Origin: Candidatus Ratteibacteria bacterium
GTDB lineage: Bacteria; CAZDME01; JAYEMH01
Length of the DNA: 64,000 nucleotides
Assembly: GCA_034717985.1 (NCBI GenBank)
Contig: JAYEMH010000039.1
Location: 1,784 to 65,783, forward strand
Direction: 5' to 3'
The translations under genes and the position numbers were made by a program. Each line of letters opens with the position of its first letter. Within the stretch, counting starts at the first letter, position 1. This document shows positions 56,273 through 64,000 of the stretch, one piece after another. The notes beneath the pieces were generated by a model that worked only from the letters and a program-made list of their open reading frames with translations, was not told the DNA's origin and made no database searches.

Positions 56273-58744
56273 CTACCCCATCACCACTTCTACCTGATAG
56301 GTTTTGCCGGGCCGGAAATTTCTGATAATGTTTCCCTTGATTTTTTTTCCGTTGACCAGAATTTCCTTCACCCCTTTTTGCGCTCCCCGGGGATTTTTAA
56401 TATGGATTTCAAAATTAGCTCCGCGAAAAGGGCGGCTGACACGGCATTCCTTCCATTCTTCAGGGAGACAGGGATCAATCAGCAAACCTTTGTAATCATG
56501 CTGAACACCGAGAATCCATTCGGTGGCGGCCATAAAATTCCAGCCGGCTGTTCCGGTAATCCAGGTAAATGCCCCTTCTCCATACCGATACGGATGCTCC
56601 GGGCCGATTAAATATTCGGCATAAGCATATGGTTCGGTTTTATAAAGTTCGTAATTATCTTGAGCATTGGGCATGATTTTTTTCATGCTTCGATAGGCAG
56701 TATTTCCTCTTCCGGCCATACAGTTAGCAACAGTCATAAAAGTAGCCGCGTGGCAAAAAACCGCCGCATTCTCTTTGGTCCCTTCGGAAAACATGGTCAT
56801 TCTTCCCAGGCGGGAATCATAGTTGGAATAGGCGGGATAAAACAAAGCATAACCGTATTTACCGTCTAAATATTTGTCGGTAGAGGCAATCAGTTTTTTT
56901 AAGCGTTCTCCTTTTGCCACCCCGCTTAAAATTGCCCAGCTCTGGGGATTAAGAAATATCTTACCAGCTTCGTTTTTACCCGCGCCGTAATTATATCCCT
57001 CGTCGGTAAATCCCCGGGAATACCATTGTCCGTCCCATGCAATTTTATTGATTTTCCCGCTCATAACCTCAGCCATATCGAGAAATGCCTCAGCCTTTGA
57101 TTTTTTGTTAATTAAATTTGCCAGTTCAGCCAAAATCTTGAGGGAACGCACTAGCGCCATCGCCAGCCAGACACTTTCTCCTTTATGTTTGATGCCGGCG
57201 GCATCAATACCGTCATTCCAATCAGCATGACCGATTAAAGGCAGTCCCCTTTCTCCGACGTCACTAAAGGTGAAATTTAAATTTTTCTCCAGGTGTTCGA
57301 ATAACGTTCCCGCCCCCTCTTTGGCAGCGCCGCCTTTCCAATTTCGATCGATTTCCCAACCTTTAATCCAGCAGTCCTTTAAATAAGGAATATGCTGGAG
57401 TAGAATTCCTTTGTCCCCGGTTTCCTTGATGTAAGAAGCAACCGTTGGCGTCAGCCATATCTGATGGTCTTTATTAGGACGGTGATTTGCCGGACCGGTT
57501 GTATCTGACCATCCCGGAGCCGAGGTGCCGTCCTGGCGAATAAGAGAAGCAATCTTTATTATTTTCTTGCGGGTCAACTCAGGGTCAATAGAAACAATTG
57601 ATTCGGCGTCCTGGCAGGAATCACGGTATCCCCGTCCGCCGGAACTTTCGTGGTAATAAGACGGTGAACGCGACCAAAAATTGCAGATATAAAGCTGATA
57701 TTTTACCCAGACGTTTACAATCTTATCAAAGTCTTTGTCAGGCGTTTCTACCCGCACGTTTCCCAATATTCTCTTCTGCCAGAGTTTCTTTACCTTTTCT
57801 AATTCTCTTTTCGCTTCATCTAAATCTCGATATTTATCTAAAAGTTTTTTTACATAAGCTGCCGCCTTGGGATATTGCCATGGGTGTCTTCCATCAATCT
57901 TCATATCGCCGCATAAGGTCTGTCCCATCACCACCACAAATTCTTTTGTCTCGCCCGGCTTTAATTTCAATTCATGTTTCAAGAGACCAATTCCATCCTC
58001 CCCCGAACAGAACTCGGAATTTTTAAATTTTCCCTCCCCTAAAAAAGCCGGATTAGCCTCTGTCCGGAATCGGCCCAGGCTGGATTCTTTCTGCGTGGCA
58101 CAGCCCTTAACCGGCAGACTGCCGGCAAAGAAAATCAGGTAAGGGTTGGGCTGAATATTCATATCGCCCCAGACAGCTGTTTTCCGGCCGAGAATTGAAT
58201 TTGTTTTTTTATCAAACCAAATGCGGTTATAAAGGTTCATAATGTTTCTATACCTGATTTCCATATGAAAATCCCCGATTAGCCATTCTACATAAGGGAA
58301 AACTTCTAAATTTTTAGGGCGTTTGGTGAGATTACTAATTTTAATGACCCAAACTTCGCAGGTATCTTTCCGGGGGACAAAATAGGTAAGTTCTGAACGA
58401 ATGCCATAGTAATTTGTTTCAACTGTTGTATACCCCAGGCCGTGACGGGCTTTGAAGGATTTGGGGGGAATTCTTAAAGGCTGGAAAGTGGCGCTCCATG
58501 ATTTCCGGGTATCTTTATCCCTGATAAAAAGATAACGGCCGGGACGGTCAATCTCCCAGTTCCCCTGTTCCCAGCGAAGAAGCCGGTCGTTACGGCAGTC
58601 CCTATAAAAGGAATAGCCGCCGCCGGCCTGAGAAATTATGGCGCAATAGTCTTCATTGGTTAAATAATTTATCCAGGGACGGGGAGGGGAGGGGTTTGTA
58701 ATAATAAACTCGGTTCCGTCTTTAGAAAAATGTCCGTATTTCAT
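56273..58744 (-). CDS. GH94 glycoside phosphorylase (cellobiose/cellodextrin/chitobiose phosphorylase family)
   Basis: N-terminus MKYGHF..PRPWINYL..SQAGGGYSFYRD and catalytic-region GHADWNDG match the cellobiose phosphorylase fold; 823 aa. Confidence 0.7.
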   Translation of the reverse strand: MKYGHFSKDGTEFIITNPSPPRPWINYLTNEDYCAIISQAGGGYSFYRDCRNDRLLRWEQGNWEIDRPGRYLFIRDKDTRKSWSATFQPLRIPPKSFKARHGLGYTTVETNYYGIRSELTYFVPRKDTCEVWVIKISNLTKRPKNLEVFPYVEWLIGDFHMEIRYRNIMNLYNRIWFDKKTNSILGRKTAVWGDMNIQPNPYLIFFAGSLPVKGCATQKESSLGRFRTEANPAFLGEGKFKNSEFCSGEDGIGLLKHELKLKPGETKEFVVVMGQTLCGDMKIDGRHPWQYPKAAAYVKKLLDKYRDLDEAKRELEKVKKLWQKRILGNVRVETPDKDFDKIVNVWVKYQLYICNFWSRSPSYYHESSGGRGYRDSCQDAESIVSIDPELTRKKIIKIASLIRQDGTSAPGWSDTTGPANHRPNKDHQIWLTPTVASYIKETGDKGILLQHIPYLKDCWIKGWEIDRNWKGGAAKEGAGTLFEHLEKNLNFTFSDVGERGLPLIGHADWNDGIDAAGIKHKGESVWLAMALVRSLKILAELANLINKKSKAEAFLDMAEVMSGKINKIAWDGQWYSRGFTDEGYNYGAGKNEAGKIFLNPQSWAILSGVAKGERLKKLIASTDKYLDGKYGYALFYPAYSNYDSRLGRMTMFSEGTKENAAVFCHAATFMTVANCMAGRGNTAYRSMKKIMPNAQDNYELYKTEPYAYAEYLIGPEHPYRYGEGAFTWITGTAGWNFMAATEWILGVQHDYKGLLIDPCLPEEWKECRVSRPFRGANFEIHIKNPRGAQKGVKEILVNGKKIKGNIIRNFRPGKTYQVEVVMG

Positions 58745-58770
58745 TACAGTTTATCCTCCTGTTCATTAAC

Positions 58771-58806
58771 GTAAAAATCTGCTGCCCCGACGCTTCGGGG
58801 TCAGGT
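58771..58806 (-). terminator. Rho-independent terminator after hicA (hairpin CCCCGAAGCGTCGGGG + T-tract)
   Basis: GC-rich 6-bp stem with GAAGCG-type loop followed on minus strand by AGATTTTTAC. Confidence 0.55.
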
Positions 58807-58824
58807 GCAGTAATTTAGCATCAT

Positions 58825-59040
58825 TTATAAATCATCTGGTGTCAACCCTGTCCGTTTGGCTATACGAGCAAGCATACGAGGCCCTATCTCTTCCCTATCG
58901 TGAAATGCAAAAATACAATCTGGCCATCCGGGTCTAGAAAGAACTCTGTGTGAAGTCCTATCGTGACGCTTGATGCTCCAACCAATACGCAACACTGCTG
59001 ATAGAACACGACGTGCCTTTGTAGATGGCCATTGACTCAT
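58825..59040 (-). CDS. hicA: HicA-family mRNA interferase toxin
   Basis: ARRVLSAVLRIGWSIKRHDRTSHRVLSRPGW... YcfA/HicA fold pattern. Confidence 0.7.
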   Translation of the reverse strand: MSQWPSTKARRVLSAVLRIGWSIKRHDRTSHRVLSRPGWPDCIFAFHDREEIGPRMLARIAKRTGLTPDDL

Positions 59041-59237
59041 GCTGGCACCGCAAAAAGTTCATCTAATTCTGGAATAGATTCTCCATGTTCCAAACGATCT
59101 GCTATCACGCGAAGAGCCAAAGCTTCTACTTTGAAGATTGCCTCTTCGCGACTTTGACCATATCCCATCACGCCAGGCAAATCTTTAACTTCTGCTATCC
59201 AGCGACCGTCATTTTCAAGTTCTATTTCGATACGCAT
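59037..59237 (-). CDS. hicB: HicB-family antitoxin
   Basis: MRIEIELENDGRWIAEVKDLPGVMGYGQSREEA UPF0150 pattern; 4-nt overlap with hicA. Confidence 0.7.
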   Translation of the reverse strand: MRIEIELENDGRWIAEVKDLPGVMGYGQSREEAIFKVEALALRVIADRLEHGESIPELDELFAVPA

Positions 59238-59351
59238 CTAATCACACCTCCCTTATAATTTTCTCGACCATCATCGGCAAATCTAATTTTAATGCTAATG
59301 TGAAACTCACCTGCCCCGAACTTTCAAAATCAGTTGTAGCGCGTTAGAGGT

Positions 59352-59606
59352 TTATTTATCGTTATACTTAGTAAAGATTTTTTCAATCGCTTCCCGCCTG
59401 TCCGTTCGAACGTGCTCAGTATACGCCTTGGCAGAAACAATGGCGATTTCATCTTTTTTTAATTCATTTTGTGTTTTTATTTGTTCAATGTAATCTTTGA
59501 ATAAATCTACCAATTCGAAAAATTTAGTACACAATTTTCTGTTTGCAATAGTGGTTCCAATGGTACCCGCGATAATCCCCAATACAATACCCAAAATAAA
59601 ATTCAT
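59352..59606 (-). CDS. small single-pass membrane protein, unknown
   Basis: N-terminal hydrophobic helix ILGIVLGIIAGTIGTTIA. Confidence 0.3.
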   Translation of the reverse strand: MNFILGIVLGIIAGTIGTTIANRKLCTKFFELVDLFKDYIEQIKTQNELKKDEIAIVSAKAYTEHVRTDRREAIEKIFTKYNDK

Positions 59607-59810
59607 AAAATCTCCTTTTATTTTTCACACAACGAGTCTGTAGCAAAAGCCCATTTCCTGAGAAAAAGCCAACAATCAGATTAAATCTCTCGTCAAGAGC
59701 AAACTTCGCTTTTAGTGATAAAAACCTTTTTTTGAACTTTTCCTACAGTTTCAACATTGGAAATCACCTGCCCCGCCGCTTCGGGGTCAGACACATTGAT
59801 TTATTATAAA

Positions 59811-60269
59811 TTATTGAAATACAAGAGAATTCAAATTGTTAAGTTTTCGCCCCTCCATTAGGTAGTCATCAATGGATTTTTTATATTGATTCTCAGCATT
59901 GTTGTATTCTTCCCAACCAATTTTTTCTTTTTGACTTTTCTTGTAGAGCAACTGCTGTTTATTGAGGAGAAAATTAATTGTAACTAGCAATTTGTCAAAG
60001 AAAGATATAAGTTGATTCAAATATTTCTTCTCATTATCATCCAAATTATCTCCATTTTCTTTCTTAAAGGAAAGCATTCCTTTCCTTTTTATTTCAAATT
60101 TTCTCAATATTTCATGACAATCATTAAGTATTTTCTCGAAGTCAACTTTTTTAAAAAGACTTATAAATATTCCACCTTTTTTTAAAATCTTATCGTGTAG
60201 CTGAATATATTCAGAAAGCAAATCATTGACCTCAAAAGAGAGTTTTTTCAATATTTCTGTATTATTCAT
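59811..60269 (-). CDS. hypothetical helical protein
   Basis: ORF only; no recognisable motif. Confidence 0.3.
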   Translation of the reverse strand: MNNTEILKKLSFEVNDLLSEYIQLHDKILKKGGIFISLFKKVDFEKILNDCHEILRKFEIKRKGMLSFKKENGDNLDDNEKKYLNQLISFFDKLLVTINFLLNKQQLLYKKSQKEKIGWEEYNNAENQYKKSIDDYLMEGRKLNNLNSLVFQ

Positions 60270-60312
60270 TTCTACCTATAATACGGCGCTACACCCTTTT
60301 CTTATTTTATTA

Positions 60313-60648
60313 TTAAACCTTTGGCGATTTCTTCTGTAACGTTCTTGCGCCGCGAAAATCGTGCTTTCGTTTCATGCGGTCAATCAGCTTCCCGTTTTTC
60401 TGTTCGATCAAAAGAAGGGAAAGTAAAATCTCCCGCCAGTCCTCAATGGTCCCATTGACACCAGCAACTTCCAGTCCGTCACTGGCGTACCATATCTCAA
60501 ATTTCTGCTTACAGCATCCACACTTGAGCAGATACCGAGGAGTCTTCTTTCCTGTACCCTTTTTGTGGTACACCCTGATTTGCGGCTGGCTGAATCGGGA
60601 TGTGTCATAGAACCGATTGGCTCGTTTTGGGATTTGCTGTTTCATCAT
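60313..60648 (-). CDS. hypothetical Cys-rich protein (CGCCKQK)
   Basis: ORF only. Confidence 0.3.
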   Translation of the reverse strand: MMKQQIPKRANRFYDTSRFSQPQIRVYHKKGTGKKTPRYLLKCGCCKQKFEIWYASDGLEVAGVNGTIEDWREILLSLLLIEQKNGKLIDRMKRKHDFRGARTLQKKSPKV

Positions 60649-60843
60649 TACATTATTATCTCCGTGCTAACAATCAATAAACGTATCACGCAATTTACGG
60701 CGTTTTTTTTAATGGAAGACAGGTTATAAACCTGTCCTTCCCGGTATTTGGTTTTTGATATTTTCTTTATCCTCTGCCCATGTGGATGGGTTATTGATTA
60801 TGTATTCATCTGTAGGGGCAGGCGCGCCTGACCCGTTAATTTT

Positions 60844-61044
60844 TTATTTTAAGGATTCTGATAATTGTATGTCAGAATGAATTATTTGATTTACAACAGA
60901 TGACACATCTTTGTTTTTCCTTTTGGCGATTTTGTCAACAAAAGTAAAGGCAGATGCATCGAGATAAACCGGAATATTCAATTCTAATTTAGGCCTATAG
61001 AATTTCCCTTTTTCCCCTTTTGAAAAGTTATATTCTTTTTTCAT
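60844..61044 (-). CDS. BrnA/CopG-like antitoxin (orphan?)
   Basis: MKKEYNFSKGEKGKFY N-terminal motif typical of BrnA-type antitoxins; no adjacent DUF497 toxin. Confidence 0.4.
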   Translation of the reverse strand: MKKEYNFSKGEKGKFYRPKLELNIPVYLDASAFTFVDKIAKRKNKDVSSVVNQIIHSDIQLSESLK

Positions 61045-61152
61045 ATTATCACCTCATATTGTTTTGATTCATTTTTTGAGGATCCCATTCAAAATCATAA
61101 CGCATTATTTAATCCTTTACCCCGACGCTTCGGGGTTCACTGGATTGCCTGG

Positions 61153-61368
61153 TTATGCAAGAATATGAACTTTCGCCGGTATATGATTGAGGGTCAAATC
61201 TCTTAAATCAAGTTTTTTGCTAGCATTATCAATGTCAACACCTACCAGTTCACCTTTGTCATCATAATCAAGATTAATCCCAGCTGATATTTCACGTGTT
61301 TCGACACTCGTCTTTGACGATAAATCGATATACAAGGAATCTGTTTCGGAATAGTAATTCAGCTTCAT
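61153..61368 (-). CDS. DUF2283 family small protein
   Basis: YYSETDSLYIDL...GELVGVDIDNAS pattern of DUF2283. Confidence 0.55.
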   Translation of the reverse strand: MKLNYYSETDSLYIDLSSKTSVETREISAGINLDYDDKGELVGVDIDNASKKLDLRDLTLNHIPAKVHILA

Positions 61369-61607
61369 AATTTAAACCTCCTGTCAAAAAATGCGTTGTG
61401 AATCGTAATTTTATCTTCAAGGGTCACAACGCGTAATATTTTACCCTCCATTTCCTCAAGTCGTCCCCAAAAGCGGAAGCGATTGTTCTCTTGTTGTTCT
61501 ACTTTCAAAGGGTTTTCGATAATTTTTATACGCCAATCTTTCTTAAGATAAGAACGTTTACGTAAAACCTCATTCTCAAAATATTGGGTGAATCCGTATT
61601 TCGTCAT
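61365..61607 (-). CDS. DUF4258 family protein (putative toxin partner of DUF2283)
   Basis: 4-nt overlap with the DUF2283 gene, size and pattern. Confidence 0.5.
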   Translation of the reverse strand: MTKYGFTQYFENEVLRKRSYLKKDWRIKIIENPLKVEQQENNRFRFWGRLEEMEGKILRVVTLEDKITIHNAFFDRRFKL

Positions 61608-61638
61608 ATAATCAGCGTCTTTTTAAATAGAGGACAGG

Positions 61639-62094
61639 TTATAAGCCTGTCCCTACAGGTATATTTATATCATTTTCGTCTTTTTCCCACGTTGCGGGAT
61701 TATTTATAATATATTCGCGGATATTATTTAAAGATTTGTCATTCCGTATAATGTGGTCGTGAAACGATCGCTGCCATAGATGTTTATTGAACGATTTCCA
61801 ATTATCATTTTTGACACCATCAATATATTTTTTTGTTGTTATGGTTTTGAACCGATGAATAATATCGGACAATGATAATTTATCTGTAGGGACAGGCCTC
61901 TGTGCCTGTCCGTTATTTAATAATTTATCATTTTCGCCCGCATTATTTAATTCCATTTTGTTGTCACATATCCGGCCAAATAATTCCTTGCGGTTGTTGG
62001 TACAAATCGTTACGTAATAATAACCGTTTGATGTATAATCATGGCCTTTTAATCGATTATTTCTACGTGTGTAAAATTTATTTTTCTTATTCAT
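61639..62094 (-). mobile_element. degenerate IS200/IS605-like Y1 (HUH) transposase / RAYT-like gene lacking the HUH motif
   Basis: GHDYTSNGYYYVTICTNNRKELFG and LWQRSFHDHIIRNDKSLNNIREYIINNP match the COG1943 family; the expected HxH region is replaced by palindrome-encoded GQAQRPVPTD; flanked by GGACAGG..CCTGTCC REP-like hairpins. Confidence 0.55.
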
Positions 62095-62164
62095 AACATA
62101 AAAATCAGCGACTGGTGCCCGCAGAGCGAAGCGGAGCGGGTAAACAGTCCACTGATTTGCTTTG

Positions 62165-62467
62165 TTAGCTACTAGACTTAAGCAATTTAATGCTTCTGAC
62201 AATATTTTTCTCTTCAACTAATTGCTCAGTTACAAACTTATGCAATATACTTGATATATAGGTTTGGTAAGGGATGCCTTCTTGTTCAGCATGTAATTTC
62301 AATAAATTTAAATCCTGGCCATTAACCCTTAAACTAATATTCTTCTTTTCTTTGGCCCTTTTTATGATATGTTCTATCTTTGTTCGTGTCTTTGCAGATA
62401 CGGGTCTATATTGCATGATATTTTCTTCAATGCGCTTCTCGTATTTGTTTAATTTTGCATTTTTCAT
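62165..62467 (-). CDS. brnA: BrnA-type (RHH/CopG) antitoxin
   Basis: NISLRVNGQDLNLLKLHAEQEGIPYQTYISSILHKFV. Confidence 0.6.
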   Translation of the reverse strand: MKNAKLNKYEKRIEENIMQYRPVSAKTRTKIEHIIKRAKEKKNISLRVNGQDLNLLKLHAEQEGIPYQTYISSILHKFVTEQLVEEKNIVRSIKLLKSSS

Positions 62468-62730
62468 TTTACACCACCTTTATATTTGTTATATAATTTT
62501 CTACTTGGATACACTGTTTTTAAAATAATATTTGAATTTTCATCTATCACAAAGGGCACCGCATAAATATAATCTTTTATCTCTATAACAAATATGCTCT
62601 GATTAGGTTTCCTCGGATGATCAAGGATATCTAAATATTTGTTATCTAATATAACTTCCGATATTTCTTCAAAAGATATATTTCGTTCAAGTTTTAACTG
62701 TTGATCCTTATCTTCATCCCAAATTATCAT
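62464..62730 (-). CDS. brnT: BrnT-type (DUF497) toxin
   Basis: IIWDEDKDQQLKLERNISFEEISEV N-terminus typical of DUF497; 4-nt overlap with brnA. Confidence 0.6.
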   Translation of the reverse strand: MIIWDEDKDQQLKLERNISFEEISEVILDNKYLDILDHPRKPNQSIFVIEIKDYIYAVPFVIDENSNIILKTVYPSRKLYNKYKGGVK

Positions 62731-62883
62731 ATCTTATTATACGGCTATTGTATATACATTGTCAACTATTATTTTTATTTTTATTTTTGTTTTTTGTAGC
62801 TAACATTCAAGCTCAGCTGCTTTTCGGAGCGGCGAAGCCGCGGAAAAAAGTCAGTTGCAGCGCATTGTTAGCGAAAACTAATT

Positions 62884-63249
62884 TTATTCTTTTATTGAAT
62901 TCTCATTGCAAACAGTTTGCCGACGCTGTTGAGCATACTGTAATGCTATTTTATTCCATTCATTTGTTTTATCAGAAATAGTTACTTTTAAAGAAATTTC
63001 ACCATTATTAGGATGAGTCCTGATAGGTATTTCTGGTAATCGACCGGATAAGGTACGTTTATCTCGTGCGTATGCGAGAGCTATACGGTTCCATGAATCT
63101 GAAAAATTAGATATATTCACCTGTGGAAAGTAATCAGGCTTGTTTTTATGAAAGTATTTATCAATAATTCCACTAATTCTATTAAGAATTGATACAAGAT
63201 TTTTTTTAATACTTTTGTCATACATCATTAAACTCTCCTTATGCTTCAA
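62884..63249 (-). CDS. hypothetical protein with internal duplicated motif (SDSWNRIALAYARDKR / TNEWNKIALQYAQQRR)
   Basis: ORF only; overlaps upstream gene by 11 nt. Confidence 0.3.
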   Translation of the reverse strand: MKHKESLMMYDKSIKKNLVSILNRISGIIDKYFHKNKPDYFPQVNISNFSDSWNRIALAYARDKRTLSGRLPEIPIRTHPNNGEISLKVTISDKTNEWNKIALQYAQQRRQTVCNENSIKE

Positions 63250-63958
63250 CTATTACTTTATATTTTCCTCTCATTAGCGAAATAAAATTATACATTTGAT
63301 CTGCAAACCCTGCTAACAGTTGAAGATGGTAGCGTTCATTTAAACGATTCTGGGACATAGTATCAATACACAAGAAAGCAACATCATCTGCAGTATCTGT
63401 TGAATCTTGTGCAACAGATCTTATAGGCACAACTATTGTACTCCTATAGTATCTTTGCCAATGCTGCCGTTGATTATTGTAATTCCTTTCTTTAGTTAAA
63501 TCAGCAGAAAAAAAATGAGAACACAAACCAAGGTTGCTTGGCAACAATGCTTGATCAAAGGCTGTGTTAAGCAACTTACCAATCTCATATTGCATTGGGT
63601 CATTATCACGCTCGCAATTTTCCTCACTTCTAATATAGGTAGAACAATATCTTTTACCGTTTGATTCTTTTGTAATCAATTTAACAGTAGCCAAACATGG
63701 TCGACCAATCAACCCTTCATATATACTACAAATTTTCTGGCATACAGATCTTAAAGTTTTCTCTTCTGCTACAACCAATTGTGATCTATCTGTTATTGGA
63801 TTATGTCTATGAAACATGGCACGTAAAACATCACGATAACCATGGTTTATTCTATGAATTTTATACATCGCCGCCTGAAAAGCTTGAACCTTTCTACGTA
63901 TAACTGCTGAATAAATTCCCGCAATAAGAAAGAAGGCAATGCAAAGAAAAAAGACCAT
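63239..63958 (-). CDS. hypothetical membrane-anchored protein
   Basis: N-terminal TM helix; no recognisable domain. Confidence 0.3.
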   Translation of the reverse strand: MVFFLCIAFFLIAGIYSAVIRRKVQAFQAAMYKIHRINHGYRDVLRAMFHRHNPITDRSQLVVAEEKTLRSVCQKICSIYEGLIGRPCLATVKLITKESNGKRYCSTYIRSEENCERDNDPMQYEIGKLLNTAFDQALLPSNLGLCSHFFSADLTKERNYNNQRQHWQRYYRSTIVVPIRSVAQDSTDTADDVAFLCIDTMSQNRLNERYHLQLLAGFADQMYNFISLMRGKYKVIVEA

Positions 63959-64000
63959 TAGAGAAAGAAGCCCTGGTTTCTGACTTATTAGTTTTTCATA

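Overview
This looks like a 64-kb chromosomal segment of an uncultured, moderately AT-rich bacterium, with almost every gene on the minus strand. The gene order resembles Firmicutes, but there is also diderm-type machinery (RND/TolC efflux, Mla lipid transport), so the lineage is unclear.

The centre (about 10.5-58.7 kb) is a housekeeping core. Confident calls there include udk, an EPS export module (Wza, Wzz-domain protein, BY-kinase), priA, a family-4 UDG, valS, trxB, ispF, ispD, a yacL-like gene, radA, mlaDFE, dnaB, rplI, rpsR, ssb, rpsF, ychF, the H+-pyrophosphatase, tRNA-Gln(UUG), pth, ctc/rplY, prs, glmU, spoVG, ispE, hisG, a TolC-MFP-RND-RND efflux operon and a GH94 phosphorylase.

Both ends are accessory islands. 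At 0.2-7.9 kb there is a tandem array of self-promoted cassettes: three AAA/DUF4143-type ATPases, two HEPN/nucleotidyltransferase pairs and an HTH-Fic gene. The cassettes are separated by a conserved ~38-bp junction motif plus variable hairpins. At 58.8-64 kb there is a second island with HicAB, DUF4258/DUF2283, BrnTA, a degenerate IS200-like (Y1) transposase carrying REP-like palindromes, and several small unknown ORFs.

The most novel pattern is that toxin-antitoxin modules appear as tiny integrase-less insertions at the 3' ends of housekeeping genes, each flanked by a diverged duplicate of the target's 3' end. This occurs at pth (next to tRNA-Gln) and at an RND pump gene, and a similar flank duplication surrounds a vapBC pair. 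The tandem cassette array at the left edge looks like a multimerised version of the same process.

Other notable points: an NPP-phosphodiesterase plus large NTase-like gene pair carrying in-frame dispersed repeats, a genome-wide family of GTGGACT-type hairpin repeats, a candidate unannotated bS22-like 31-aa ribosomal protein, SpoVG with a zinc-ribbon extension, and near-consensus sigma70 promoters wrapped in palindromic operators.

No CRISPR array, no rRNA and no integrase or other recombinase is visible in the window.
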